In this document: piece by piece, positions 13,001 to 24,000 of the stretch | How positions within the stretch are numbered: position 1 is the stretch's first letter | How the letters are laid out: each line of letters begins with the position of its first letter | Assembly: GCA_905178155.1 (NCBI GenBank) | Contig: CAJINV010000043.1 | Span: 19,055 to 62,859 of the forward strand | Origin: Amoebophrya sp. A120 | Lineage: Eukaryota > Protista > Dinoflagellata | Length of the DNA: 43,805 nucleotides | Reading direction: 5' to 3' | Made by a program: the position numbers and the translations under genes | Notes under the pieces: generated by a model | Databases searched by the model: none | What the model was told of the DNA's origin: nothing | What the model saw: the letters and a program-made list of their open reading frames with translations, nothing else

Positions 13001-16000
13001 GGTCTGATTCACGCTGAATCCGCATGAAAAACTGGCTTTCTTACTACTTTCAAGAAGCGGAGCCACGGCTACGAGCACGTTAGGAATACGGATTTAGCAT
13101 AAGCAACTGGAAAAACTAGACTGGAGATGATGAATCTGTAATGCGTATTTGTGGAATTCGAAGTAGTCTTAGATGGTGTTCGAATTTGATTTCGGTATGC
13201 TTGCGTTTGAAAAATAACCTCTCCATTTCGAAACTAGATCCCACAATTGGTGGAGAGCCTGGGCATAGTTCGACTCAGATGCAGCGCATACCTTTACCGT
13301 TTTAGCTAGATACCCTACCCCTATGGCCTCGGAGAACCGAAAGAAGAAAGACGAATACGCGCAAGAAGGAGAAACAGCACCGCGGAAGGAAAAACGACTA
13401 CGACATGGAGCGAGCTGCATGACAAGCAGTGAGTAAAAGCCTCAGCTTTTTTAGTAACAGCTACTGGAGACGAAGACCTGCTTGACTGGGTGTGAAGAAC
13501 GCGCGCTAGATTGATAGGACGCAACAAACAATGTAGAGGACGGGACTAAGTACGACGCGAAGCTTTGGACGGAGTACAACCGCGCAAAGAATGTGGCTTG
13601 CGAGATGCTGAAAAAAGACACACTGGAAATCGACAAGACCAGTCCCAGAACCGGAAACCGCCTTCGTACGTTTTAGACCACGGGGAAGATTTGTTTTTAG
13701 ACCGCTGGATATATTTGTTTAACGGGACCTCAGTCGCGCTATAAAGTTCGCGGGAACTAGTTCGGCAAAACGACGCGGCTGGGGTACGTTCCAAGATTTG
13801 TTTACGGATTCGGGTTTTATTTTGACAACGGGATACGATTTACGATTTTTATTTACGGATGCGGGTTTTACGGTTAAGCGATGGCAGTGATGATTTTCGA
13901 TTTGTTAACGAGCAGCAGAACACGATCGAGATTTGAAGGCGCGGAAAATTCCGGCAACAGTAAAACAAGAACAACGGGGCACAGCTACAGAAGACGTCGA
14001 AGGGTTGCTTGCTACTTTGCTTAGCCCACTAACGAACCGGGAGCGACTCAACAAGACGGACCACTGTAGGCTGCCTACCAGTTCACAGATTTGTAAGCGA
14101 TGAGAAGACTCGGCGTTGTGTTTTTGCAGGCGATCACGGGTGCGCTGGCAGCGTTTTCAATTTCGAACGCAATAGACAGAGGCGCTTGCGCGCAGTAGTA
14201 GTTTTCCAGGGTTTGTTTCGAACAGTGCGGACAGATGAAGCAAGACCTCCTCCTCTCGCGGCAGCATGAGGACCTGGCTGGGGAAACCACAGATAGCAGT
14301 AGACCGCGTCTCGATCGTTCTCTTGTTTCCGACGTGATAGGGGTTTGCTCCTGGCGCAGTAGTAATAGCGCAGCGACATTAGTGGCTGTCCAAGATTTGC
14401 TTTTCGCCACGCACAGCAAGCGAGACACGAAGTAGTGCGCACCAGTAAACTCCGTTCTATTTCCGGCCCAGTTTCAGAAGCAGTTCGTAGACCTCGGCAA
14501 AGCAGTCACGTCCAAGATTGCAGTTTTTCATCCTACAGAAACCGACGCACGCGGTACAGAACCGGCAGAGCAGCAATAGAAGCAGCAGTAGTAACTAAAA
14601 GAGGGAGACTTTTGTAGAGGCGAGGACACTGAATTGAAGAGAAGACTTTCTTTAGGCTTTCGCAGTTCAAGCCTGCGATAGAATGGCGCCCAGCAGGCAC
14701 CAAGGTTGTACGATGAAGAACAAGGCACCAGACTCAAGACCCCGACCCTCCCTTATTTGTGTTCGCAGCACCGGTAGAAGACGATCAAGATTTTGTGTTC
14801 GAAGTTCACGATGAGAAGATGAAGAAGTTTCAGTCAGGGGGCGTGTAGTCGTGTAGCGACTTGGCTAGTGACTGCAACTTCTTCCGGATGGTGTTCTCGA
14901 TGTGATTCAAGATTCCGATGCAGTACGGGCTCCGTTATCGACTTTCAGTAGCTAGCTGACCTACCGGGATTCAAGATTTTGATTTTGGGTTCGGGATCCT
15001 GACTTGTGTTCGCGGTTTCAAGCTTTAATGCTATCGGGCTCCAGGAATAACTAGCTACCGAGGACGGGCGTTTTCGATTTGTGTTCGGGATGAAGCAGGA
15101 ACACTAGATGATGGTGGTGATGAAGATTTGATATCGGGCTTCGGGATTTTAGGCACTAGTAGATCTTGGTGAAAAGCAGGCAGGCTAGCGTAGAACACTC
15201 GGGCAGAGGTGCGAAAACACCGGGAGAACAACAAGAAGAAAACCCGGGACAGCACTAGAACACGGGCACAGACTACGAACGCAAAGCAGCAACAGAAAAG
15301 CAAGAGCAGAAACCAGGACGCAGCGAAGAGAATAGCAGGAAAGACCACCGACACGAACACGGAAGACCAGGAACAGGAACACGGACAAGCAGACAGACGG
15401 GGAACGGAGAAGACGCGAATGCAGAAAAGAGTACGGGGGCGAAGGACGACTTCGATTCTAGCGAGGTGTAGCAGACAGAGACGATTTCTAATTTTGACGC
15501 GGGACCAAAGAAGAACGTTTGGAACACAGGACCCGGAGTAGCAGTGCAGGTTTTAGGAGAAGTAGAGACGGAGACTAACTCTGAGGGCCAGCAGTAGTAA
15601 TGACGAAGTGCGGAGCAATGGTTTTCGGAAAGTAGCAGCGTAGCAGTAACAGTTACGGCCTCAGGGTTTTTACATTTCACGGATGGGGGCGCATACAAGA
15701 TTTTGGAGCACGGGAATGACGACAAGCCGAAGAACATGCGGAGTTTGCAGATACCGGCACAGCAGATCGTGGCTTCGGTCCAGCGCAGTGGCAGCGCGAC
15801 GTTTTGGATGAAGACGACGACCTTCGTATGGCGTTAGGGGGCAGTGCCACCTGCCGATGCTGGGAAGATTTGTTTTCAACCGACGGCAGTTTCAATTTCG
15901 TCTATGATCCGACGCGCCGAAGCAGATGTTCCCGACGACCAGCAGATAGGTTTCTGCACGACTTTGCCACTTCCCCGATGAAAAAATTGCTTCTGTACCG

Positions 16001-19000
16001 CGACCGCCTTGGAAGTGTTGGCGAAGACTCCGCACGATTTCAATTCTAAGCCCACCTGACGACCACGGGCGACGACTGCATCCTTCGCAACGACTTTTTT
16101 GTGCACACCGACCGACATAAGCTTGTTTTCCAGATTTGAAGATGAACTTGCAGAACGAACGGGATTCCGGTTTGGAAATTTGTCATGCAGTTTACGCTGG
16201 GGGCGCCGAAGATTTGTTTCTGTTCACGACAAAAGATCACGACTCGACGAACCACTTTGGAATAGCAGAGCGCCCGACGCTGATACGATGCGGAAGAAGC
16301 GTTTGATTTTACCACGGACCTGGAATTTGTGATGCAGATTTTCTGTGCAAGAATTCGCTTCCGGACTACACGACACGGAGTTGCTTCTGGACACTCAAGA
16401 ACCGACGGAAGTGCGAATTTGTCATGCTGGACATCGAGAAACTTGGGACTACTTGACGGAGACCTTTTGCTTGTGCGACTACGACGATGTGGATTTGTAT
16501 TGCTGATTTCGGACGACATGCTTTTGGTTGCGACGAGATTCTGCGGTCCGAGATTGAGACACCGCTGCAGATTTGAGTATGGGATTCTTCAATTGGTGCT
16601 TGCATTACGACACTGGACTTGCCGACGACATTACGATGCTGACTTTGGATTTACGATGAGAAGAGCACGATGCTGGGATGGGATAAGAGGACGCGGCGAT
16701 GAGGACTGGAAGATGAAGCGACTGTGGAAAATTGTTTATGGATTTATGCTATACAGATTTGGGCTTACGACTTAGAACTTCTTGTAGGATTTCGACCATC
16801 AGTTTCTGTTTCGAGCCTTTGTAAGATTTGCGTTTTAGATTTTGATTATGAGAAAAAGCGTTGGGGGCGGTTTGTGTAAATGAAAACTGGTTTTAAACGC
16901 TGTTTCTCATAGATCAAAATAGAAAAAATGAAGAGGATGATAAGAAAAAGCCACGAAAGCGATCAAGCGAGAAAAAGGGCCACAATACAAGGAAAAGCAA
17001 GCAAATTCTTGCCACGATCGGAAGAAAAAGGAAAGGGAAAAGAGAAGAAGAGAAAAGCAAAGAAATTAGGTCTGATTCACGCTGAATCCGCATGAAAAAC
17101 TGGCTTTCTTACTACTTTCAAGAAGCGGAGCCACGGCTACGAGCACGTTAGGAATACGGATTTAGCATAAGCAACTGGAAAAACTAGACTGGAGATGATG
17201 AATCTGTAATGCGTATTTGTGGAATTCGAAGTAGTCTTAGATGGTGTTCGAATTTGATTTCGGTATGCTTGCGTTTGAAAAATAACCTCTCCATTTCGAA
17301 ACTAGATCCCACAAAATCCCCATCTTGACTCTGGTGTGGGTACGTTTTTACTCAGGATACCTATAACAACTACTACAACTAGTTTTTTTCTGCCGCGTGC
17401 AATGCTTTTCCAGTGCATAGAAACGCCTGCGGGAATTAAAAGCGAAAAAGCAGAAACATCAGAAGATGCGGGATACTGCAGACGCACTAGCCTGGAAACC
17501 CGAGAAGGTAAGAATTGCGGAGTATCAAATGCAAATATGTCTGGGTATGGAAGATTCCGAGATTTGTGATGCAGTTTATCCAAGCTCAACCCAGTCTGGA
17601 ATGCAGGGTCTAGCGTCACAAGATCTACTGCAGCCCCTTGAGCTTGATGATGCCTGTTCTGCATCACAAATGCCCTCTCAGCATGGCCAGAAATGGGCAC
17701 CTTTTGCAAGTCACGCAACGGCACAGATTTTTGTACGATCCGCAACATGCATCACAAGTTCACATCCTTCCAGACCCAAACATATTTGCAATGCATACGG
17801 AGCACGCGGAAGCAACCCAGCGAGGGAAGTCCGATAAAGAAACTTACGGCGGCGAAGGGGTATCGCAAGAAAAAACTGCTACTTCATTGTGAGCTTGCAA
17901 TGCGGATTTTGTATCGCAATTGTTTCTGGCAAAAACTTCAGGAGTGTTTGTCTTTCTAAATATGCATAGAAAATGCATTTTTAGTTGTGTTTTCCCCTAG
18001 AGGAAATGCTCGCATGGCACACTTTCTATTGTGATGTAGAGCTGCGCGCTTGTGATGCAATAAAACTTGCGAAATCAATAAACAAAATCATCACAGTGAC
18101 ACAGTTTTTTCGCCGGATAATGGGGTTTGCGCGATGAATTCCCCACCACGGCTATCCTGAGTAAAAACGTACCCACACCAGAGTTGTAATGCAGATTTGC
18201 AAAGACAGGAAGACTCGCAATGCGCATCCCTTTGAGAGCCATTTCCAATCGTGTTTTGGAATTTGTGATGCTGTGAACAGGATGAGCAGCTGGATTTGTG
18301 ACGCGGCTGCACTTGCTAACCTGCACTACACTGCAAAGCTCAACTTGTCATGCGTGACTCACAAAACTCCTAGGTTTGTGTTGCAAAATCCTCATCCTAA
18401 CTCTGGTGTGGGTACGTTTTTACTCAGGATAACGGCAGGAACCCGCGTTGTTCCAACAGAGAACAACACGGAAGCACCGGAACAACAGAACGTACCCGCG
18501 CAAAACGACTCGTGGAAAGAAACGTGCACGAGAATCGAAAAGGAACTTCTCCAGGAGCTGGGCGTACACCACGGGAAGCGACAGCTAGTAGACGTATCAA
18601 GATTCATATCGCAAGAAAAAAGTGTTAGAGTTACACACTGTGTTGCAGGCCAAGCAAGACAGACAAGCTCTGTCATGCCGGATATGCGTAGGAGCCTCGT
18701 CTTATAGCCTTTTCCCGTAGGATTTCTGCATCACAAGTTTTCTCTCTCATGCTGAGAAATTTGTGTTGCTAAATTCGCTACAAATGTGTAACTGTAAGAA
18801 AACTTTTTTCGTGGGATAATGCATGATAAAAGCCGCGGTAGAAAGACTGATCAAGCTATCCTGAGAAGCAAAAACGTCTCCAAGCCATAGTCAAGATGGG
18901 AAATAACGTGCTAGACAAATCAACAAGCTTTGGTACTTGTTGCGCATGACAGGTTTGCCCTTTTAGTATGATCGATGTGTTTCGTTCGTCTAGTAGCATT

Positions 19001-19519
19001 ACAGGTCTAGCGTATTGTGCTGATTAGAGCATTGCAAATTTTTCCAGAACACAGCTATGAAATGCTTCTCATAGGGTTCCGCATGACAAACGTTTTGAGC
19101 ATGCAGATTGCTATTGGGTGAGGACGTGGCTTTTACACAGGATACAAGCGACACGAGAAAGAAGGAAACGCCGACCGCGCAGAAGAGGTCCGGCTATGGA
19201 AAATCAAATGGGAAACGACAGGTGGAGATAAGTTTTATCCTGTGCAAAAGTATCGTGGTCTAATATTAACAATAATGCATGATGACTCTGTTTTCTTGAC
19301 AAGCCTGAATCTCGTGCATCCGCATGGTAGTACATACGAAAGAACTTCATTTTCCGCTTTGGTGGAGAATGAATTTGTCATGCAATTTGTACAACTAGTC
19401 TGAAGATGCTTTTGCAATGCATAAGCAAGCCGGAGATGCTCCTTCGCGCTAGCCGGGATTTCGGACTAGATGCTAATGCGGTGAGAAGTGACTCGAAAGT
19501 TTCCATATTGGTTTTCTGA
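1029..19519 (+). CDS. Gene 1: large multi-exon hypothetical low-complexity protein (S/T/A/E/K/Q-rich), ~30 non-canonical introns plus some GT-AG introns; 3' end approximate
   Basis: ATG 1029 (MMSNGGAAGG). ORF fragments 1586, 2203, 2589, 3380, 6675, 8789, 9915, 12239, 17466, 18189 join in frame at the junctions tested. Not all junctions resolved; could be more than one gene. Confidence 0.7.
1110..1364. mobile_element. Introner family D
   Basis: TATGGGATAGTTCTCAAACGTTAC ... GTAAACTTTGAGAATCGCATA; DR CTGTT/CTATT; join gives AAS-IAGRSAANK. Confidence 0.75.
1475..1636 (+). other. Canonical GT-AG intron (phase 0)
   Basis: GTAAGG donor, TTCAG acceptor; join gives VESDG-VGEDEW. Confidence 0.65.
1685..1883. 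mobile_element. Introner, family B-like (diverged)
   Basis: TATGCTCTGCAAAAATATCG ... CGGTATTTTTGCACAGAATA; DR AAGAG/AAGAC. Confidence 0.7.
1923..2201. mobile_element. Introner (diverged)
   Basis: TATCCTGTGCAAGAAAAG ... CTTTTTACGCAGGATG; DR TACGC/CATGC; join gives FHT-RALYAQRR. Confidence 0.6.
2379..2594. mobile_element. Introner family E
   Basis: TATCGTGGGAAAAAAGTGTTACAGTTACAC ... GTGTAACTGTAACACTTTTTTCCTGTGATA; perfect DR CAAAA; join gives YLQ-KHQRLL. Confidence 0.9.
3034..3315. mobile_element. Introner family A
   Basis: TATCAACTGCAAGTATGTCTGGGTCTGGA ... TCCAGACCAAGACACTTTTGCGGTTGATA; perfect DR TACGG; joins ORFs 2589 and 3380 in frame. Confidence 0.9.
3917..4237. mobile_element. Introner family F (diverged ends)
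   Basis: CTCCCCGTACTAAAA ... TTTTCAGTATGGGGAG inverted pair; interior resembles 23847-24157; DR unclear. Confidence 0.7.
4442..4657. mobile_element. Introner family A-like (diverged)
   Basis: ATTTGGGTCAGGAAG ... CTTCCCAGACCCAGACCTGTTTGCAATGCATA; DR CGAGA/CGAAG. Confidence 0.55.
4974..5238. mobile_element. Introner family D
   Basis: TATGACGTCCTCAAACG..CTCAACTGTTACATG ... CATGTAACAGTTGAAAACGTAAAGTTTGAGAGCTCCATA; DR poor. Confidence 0.7.
5816..6086. mobile_element. Introner family A
   Basis: TACCAAATGCAAGTATGTCTGGGTCT ... AGACCCAGACATATTCGTATATGCATA; DR poor. Confidence 0.65.
6461..6686 (+). other. Canonical GT-AG intron (phase 0)
   Basis: GAG|GTATTG ... TTCCAG|GCC; join gives NRKIRSE-ANSRKPSS. 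Confidence 0.65.
7603..7754. mobile_element. Introner family B
   Basis: TATCATGTGCAAAAGTATCGTACTCG ... GATACTCTTGCACTGCATA. Confidence 0.7.
8316..8484. mobile_element. Introner family B-like
   Basis: TATGCATTGCGAAA ... TTTTGCAATGCATA; DR CCCAG/CGCAG. Confidence 0.7.
8560..8712. mobile_element. Introner family B (reverse orientation)
   Basis: TATGCAATGCAAAAGCATCGTAC ... GTGCGATACTTTTGCACAGGATA; DR GGGCT/AGGCT; join gives DVEG-YEDENADE. Confidence 0.85.
9051..9319. mobile_element. Introner family A body with B-like outer termini
   Basis: TATGAACCGCAAATATGTCTGGCCCTGGAAG ... CTTCCAGACCGAGATACTTTTGCAGTTCATA; DR ACGTT/ATGCT; frame restored. Confidence 0.8.
9361..9503. mobile_element. Introner family B
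   Basis: TATCCTTTGCAAAAGTATCG ... CGATGCTTTTGCAGTTCATA; perfect DR CCCCG; join gives SRTP-ASPKRR. Confidence 0.9.
9649..9909. mobile_element. Introner family A-type TIR
   Basis: TATCAAGTGC..ATGTCTGGGTCT ... AGACCCAGATGTATTTGCAGCGCATA; perfect DR GGGCG; join gives NWA-VPVGAV. Confidence 0.85.
9960..10176 (+). repeat. Coding tandem repeat (~28 aa x ~2.5; N(F/V)xGGA..SSxxxN)
   Basis: Repeated NFGGGASTSSSNSGNF / NVRGGAGAPSSNSGNL / NFRGGANAFSSRGNNF in ORF 9915. Confidence 0.75.
10427..10758. mobile_element. Introner family F
   Basis: TATCGTAAGGAAAAATGATCCCCCCTCCCC ... GGGGAGGGGGGATTTTCCCTTACGATA; perfect DR GAGAG; join gives RTE-RYREKMS. Confidence 0.9.
10834..11096. mobile_element. Introner family D
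   Basis: TATAAACTGCTGAGGTGTTACAATCTC ... AGATTGTAACGCTTGAGCAGGTCATA; DR TACAA/TAGAA. Confidence 0.75.
11254..11369. mobile_element. Short introner-like element
   Basis: TATGCACAATAAAAAGACCCAACATC ... GATGCTGGGTTTGGCCCTTTTTTTGTGGATA; DR TCTTG/ACTTC. Confidence 0.55.
11432..11698. mobile_element. Introner family A-type TIR
   Basis: TATCAAATGCAAATATGTCTGGGTC ... GACCCAGACATTTTTGCAGATGATA; DR ACGCA/AGGCA. Confidence 0.85.
11756..11990. mobile_element. Introner family D
   Basis: TATGGCGCTCTCAG..CATTCTCAACTGTTACATGA ... TCATGTAACAGCTGAGAATGTAACGTTTGAGAACGCCATA; perfect DR GCGCC. Confidence 0.9.
12103..12250. mobile_element. Introner family B
   Basis: TATCCTGTGCTGAAGTATCGTACTCGTAT ... ATACGAGTACGATACTTTTGCAGTTCATA; DR CCCGC/CCCGT. 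Confidence 0.9.
12805..13245 (+). repeat. 5' LTR
   Basis: TGTGTAAATG...GATCCCACA; appears identical to 16873-17313 by eye. Confidence 0.95.
13248..13266 (+). promoter_or_regulatory. Primer binding site, probably tRNA-Ala
   Basis: TGGTGGAGAGCCTGGGCAT 2 bp after the LTR; reverse complement ATGCCCAGGCTCTCCACCA fits tRNA positions 58-76 with A58, C61, U70, A73. Confidence 0.8.
15650..15910 (+). pseudogene. Possible degenerate reverse transcriptase remnant
   Basis: VTASGFLHF (cf. LD..SGF.QI), RMALGGSATC (cf. RMPFGL..AP.TF) and FVYD (cf. YxDD) appear in the correct order; match is weak. Confidence 0.35.
16850..16872 (+). promoter_or_regulatory. Polypurine tract
   Basis: GAGAAAAAGCGTTGGGGGCGGTT immediately before the 3' LTR. 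Confidence 0.65.
16873..17313 (+). repeat. 3' LTR
   Basis: Direct repeat of 12805-13245. Confidence 0.95.
17523..17797. mobile_element. Introner family A-type TIR
   Basis: TATCAAATGCAAATATGTCTGGGTATGGAAG ... CTTCCAGACCCAAACATATTTGCAATGCATA; perfect DR CGGAG; join gives RIAE-HAEATQ. Confidence 0.9.
17861..18119. mobile_element. Introner family E-like (diverged)
   Basis: TATCGCAAGAAAAAACTG ... CAGTTTTTTCGCCGGATA; DR AGGGG/ATGGG. Confidence 0.65.
18153..18431. mobile_element. Introner family C
   Basis: Perfect TIR TATCCTGAGTAAAAACGTACCCACACCAGAGTT; perfect DR ACGGC; join gives PTT-AGTRVV. Confidence 0.95.
18607..18818. mobile_element. Introner family E
   Basis: TATCGCAAGAAAAAAGTGTTAGAGTTACACA ... 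TGTGTAACTGTAAG..CTTTTTTCGTGGGATA; DR ATTCA/ATGCA. Confidence 0.8.
18857..19144. mobile_element. Introner family C-like
   Basis: TATCCTGAGAAGCAAAAACGTC ... GACGTGGCTTTTACACAGGATA; perfect DR CAAGC. Confidence 0.8.
19236..19423. mobile_element. Introner family B-like
   Basis: TATCCTGTGCAAAAGTATC ... GATGCTTTTGCAATGCATA; DR poor. Confidence 0.7.
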
Positions 19520-21067
19520 AAGTTTTAGAACTAGGATCGGGGTCGTCTTCATAGCATACACAGAACAATCGTAAATTGTACAAAAATAGCGGATAATTTA
19601 TAGAAGAAGTGTTACTAGAATCAGATTCAGAGAAAATATTTCAACTCGAAGATAAAAAAGTACTACAGTACAGCTACACGGTAAATTCATTCACATCTAC
19701 TTGAAAAATTTCGAATTGATGTTGTATCTAAAAGGCCGTCGTGCACAGAAACAGTGGACAGTACAGATTTGGATAGAAATGAAGAGTTTCAAGCTACCGA
19801 TGAGCATCGCTCACGCAATAGAAAAATGCACTGAATAAATTTGAATCGACTCAAAAAATATGTATTCTAAAGGAGCCATCTCGTACGCCAACAGTAACAG
19901 AGTGCATAGTTGTACATAGAAGTAAAAAATGCAGAAAATGTACAAAGAAAACCGAAATAGGAAAGAATGACACCAAAGACAAAATTACCGTATTACAATG
20001 GATGTAGATGCAAAACGAAAAACTAAAGCGAAACAATAGTGTCTCATAGATAAACACCGAGTGCTAGGTGAAAATATCACGGAGTAGAGGACATTCTTGC
20101 AAAATTGAAGTAATTGTAACTGGAAACTGCTCTGGAGTAAATGTAACTGTAGAAGCGTTGTAATAGCAGACCACACTACGACTTGGAAAAGGGAATGCAA
20201 AAATCATGGGCATGAAGCTCCACGTAGGAAAACTGTCACGGTCGGCTCGACTGTAAAGCGGCCGTGGTCAACTACTTACCTTGTGCTAGCAAAATGGAAA
20301 AATCCCTTTGGCCACAGAAGTACGAAAACTCGGTTTTTTTTTGTGAGGGCCAAGACGAGGCACACTACACTTTTCCACGTTCTGTCACCCATTTTTCGGT
20401 ATCAGTACCTTTTTGTGTTGCGTTCAAATAACTTGTCGTCTTATGGTTGTGTAGTTGTGTCTGTATGGGGAAAGTGCAGAAGGTCGGTATTTTTTTTGTG
20501 AAGACCAAGAGTAAGTAGAGTACAGCCTGCGCCCCGTCACAAATTCGGTCTTTTTTTTTTGTGCTGCGTGGGAGAGAGTTGTAGTTTGTGTGTCATCGTG
20601 TTTTTTTTGCAGCGAGTCGATCGAGTTGGAAAGAGGTAGTTTTTTTTTGTTGATTTACTTCGAATTCCCACACATGTACAAACGGGTCCCCGGGTGCAGG
20701 ACGTAGATAAATGCAAATTCACCTTTTTCCCTAGACCAGGACGAGGGACCGTGTGATGATCTACCAATACGTTGCAAAAGTAAGTTTCTTTGGAAGTAGT
20801 TGATGTACAAAGGTAGCCGCAGGCCTATACACCAAGAGTACTCTCAATTGATTTTCTCCTTGTTTTTTTTTGAAACAGAAAGACCGCAGCGAAGGGAGAG
20901 GTAGAGGACTGCAAAACGATGCGTTGAAAAACTCCTCTCTTCGTTTTCAAGTTCCTGCAAGAACCGCTAAAGAAAGCCGCTTTTTTTCGTCGAGGTCCAA
21001 AAGTAAAAAGGAAGAAACAAGCCGCAATTTTGCCCAGTGGAAAGGTGAAGTGCAACCGATAGTTGTG

Positions 21068-24000
21068 ATGGCCGCACAAAAGGACAAAGGTAATAAAACG
21101 CCGCAGGGCGGCGGCGACCTCGAAGAATCCTTCTTTACCGAGGACGAAGATTCATATGGGAGGAAAAAAAGTTCTAGGATCTTTCGAGGAGGATTATTTT
21201 GCGTTAAATGCAATAGACTACGCAGAAGTCGCAGACGCAGCAGAATTGGCAAACGCAAATTGGTCATGCTGCATTTTTGAACTGATGTTTTTGTCAAAAT
21301 TTTGACTCATCAGCAAAATTTCCCCTATATTTCGTCCTGTAAACTTTTTTTTCTCGTCCACAACCCTGTCCATATCGACCTCACTGACTTGAACAGCACC
21401 GCCTACAACAAGGTCGTGAGCAAGATCCAAGACCAGTACGAAATCGTGAAGGTACAAGTTGTTTAAAAATGCCTGTCTTTCTACACACGCATGAAGCTCA
21501 TGTCAAACCTAAACAAGCATGACAAATTTACAAATTCTTCACCAGGCAAATAATCATAAACAGGACGGCAACGCGTCTGCGGGGTCGAGTACGAGACCGC
21601 CGGCACCGGTAAAGAGAATTACGGTCAGTGCAAGGATTACAGTTCAGGTCCGTGAAAAGCCTGGCGGCACGGTGAAGAAGAACAATTTATTGTCAAAGAA
21701 CAAACCGGCACTACCCGTGACCAAGGGTAACGACAAGAATAAGAAGAACGCAGCTGCCGGTGGTGACAAGGAGAAGCAGAAAGGCAAGTCGAAAAACCTG
21801 CGCACGACGTCTTCCAGAAAACGGATTAAGGTAGGCAAAAGCAACCAGATGAAACTCGATAAGAAGGCCGCAGCGAAGAAGGAACAGGAGCTGCAAAAAC
21901 GACAGGTGGATGCGGTGTTAGGCCAGCTTAAGCACTTCACTGTATCCTGTGCAAAAGTATCGTACTCGTACTGCAATCATGCATTACAAACCTCTTTGTT
22001 GACGTTAAGTCAAATCCGTATTACAAATTTTATTTCTCTTGCTGAGGAAATTTGTAATGCAATTATACAAGTATCGGATAGGATTAGGAATAGGATACTT
22101 TTGCAGTGCATACACTGAGCAGAACGGCAAGAACACGGAGATAACCGACGAGATGGAGGAAGAGTTCAGAGGCGCTTTGGGGATATCAAATGTAAAAATG
22201 TCTGGGTCTCCTGGAAGATTACCAGGTTTGTCATGCATATTTTGAATGACCCATGATGTCTGTGATGCATGCCCTAGCATCACAGACTATTAAAGGACTT
22301 TGCGACGCCTCTACCGCTTGAGAAATGCCCTCTCCGCGTAGCACAGACCGGAGTTCTCTTCCTTGTCATGCAATACAAATTTTGTCAGAATCCAGAGGCA
22401 GCATTACAAGTTTAGAACCTCGTTCCAGACCCAGACATTTTTACATTTGATTGGGGATGATGCTGTGCTACATGGACGCCATCGTCACCGGAAACGGCTA
22501 TGGAATTCCCAAATCGGTTACCTTCTCAACCGTTACAATGAACTTGTCATGCAAAACTACCTTGAGCCGACAGACGTTGAAGCTACTTCGCATGACAGAT
22601 CTCCGAAGGGTGCTAAACACCGTTTAGATCTTTTCCAAAAGATGCGAGATTACCCCTTTCCCTGCCGCGGCTTTTGCATCACTGATTTATGATGTACTAC
22701 GGTTGAAAATGTATCGACGCTTGAGAACTCCATACAAACAATGCAAAAGATCTGGCTGACGTGAGAAACGAGCTGCGCGACGAGACGATGAAATTTCACA
22801 ACTTGCTGAAAGCAGTGGGGTATCAAATGTAAAAATGTCTGGGTCTGGAAATTTCAATTTGTGATGCTGAAATGTGCATAACAAAAACGCTCCCTCATGC
22901 AGCAGGAGAGCATAAAGTTTGCAGAACGTTTCCTCATACGCATTCCGCATGAGAAAGAGAAACTGCGTTTTTGTATGACAAGGGAGGCTGCGACTTTTGT
23001 GGGTCATGCAATACAGATCTCACAGGGATGCAAGACCAGCATTACAAGTTCCAACTTTATTCCAGACCCAGACATTTTTGCACTAGATATGGGGCCCCGA
23101 AACAGTGTCGACCGGAGGAAATGGGCTTGTCATTCCCTATGGCTTGCAAAAATGTCTGGGTCGGGAAGATTCTAAACTTGTGATGCTGTCGCTGGATTCT
23201 AAAAAAATTTGTATTGCATGACCAGCAAGAAGACTCCAGTTCGTGCTACCCGGAGAGGGCGTTTCTCATGCGGTGGATGCATCACAAAGTCCTCTAAAAA
23301 TATGTGATGCTAGGGCAGGCATCACAGACATCATGGGTCATTCAAATTGTGCATGAGTGATAAAGCTGGCAATCTTCCCGACCTAGATATTTTTGCAGTT
23401 GATATTCCCTCGATGCCCTCGAAGCAGCGAGCGACGTGCTTCAGGGGTGGAAGAGGACCTGCTTCAACCCTCTCAAGGAGACACTGGATGATCCAGTCGT
23501 GCAGTCCGTTTTCGTACCAAGTGCAAAAATGTCTGGGTCTGGAAGAATGCAAATTCTGATGCTGCATTTGGACTCCAAGAAAATCTGTATTGCATGAGTA
23601 CTAGCGAAGGGAAAGCAATTTTTGCGACGCTCTTGAGGAGGCATTTTTCATGCGGAATAGGCATCAAGAAGCGGTCAAAAAATCTGTGTTGCTAAGGTAT
23701 GCATCACAGACATGATCATGGCTCATGCTAAACGTGCATTTGACAAGTGTAAGAATCTACTTCCTGACCCAGACATTTTTACATTTGATATTTCGACGCT
23801 TATGAAAAGAGGAAGACCTCCTCGTCTATGAAGATGACGGAGGCGATATCACAAAGAAAAATCCCCCCTCCCCATACCAAAACGGAGATTTGTGGAGCAT
23901 GATTTGCTACCACAAATCATGTTGTCATGCTAGAAGGCAAAAGATGCGGACTGTAGTGCTGGCTGGCGTGGGAAAACCTTGCATGTTCAGCATCACAGGA

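Larger units (their letters stand above)
12805..17313 (+). mobile_element. Non-autonomous LTR retrotransposon (LARD-like, possibly Ty3/Gypsy-derived)
   Basis: Two 441-bp TG...CA LTRs, PBS, PPT and 4-bp TSD AAAT; no intact gag/pol ORF in the 3.6-kb interior. Confidence 0.9.
12569..17359. mobile_element. Introner family C nested in the outer introner and interrupted by an LTR element
   Basis: TATCCTGAGTAAAAACGTACCCACACCAGAGT ... ACTCTGGTGTGGGTACGTTTTTACTCAGGATA (perfect 32-bp TIR); perfect DR CCTAT; uninterrupted sibling at 18153-18431. Confidence 0.92.
12420..17419. mobile_element. Outer introner (B-like) expanded to 5 kb by nested insertions
   Basis: TATGCACTTGCGAAAGCAT ... ATGCTTTTCCAGTGCATA; DR GAAAA/GAAAC; join gives HEWRE-KRLRELKAKKQKHQKMRD, in frame with ORF 17466. 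Confidence 0.85.

Noticed and set aside
13248-13290. tRNA gene
   Set aside because: Only 19 nt complementary to a tRNA 3' end including CCA, so a PBS rather than a gene
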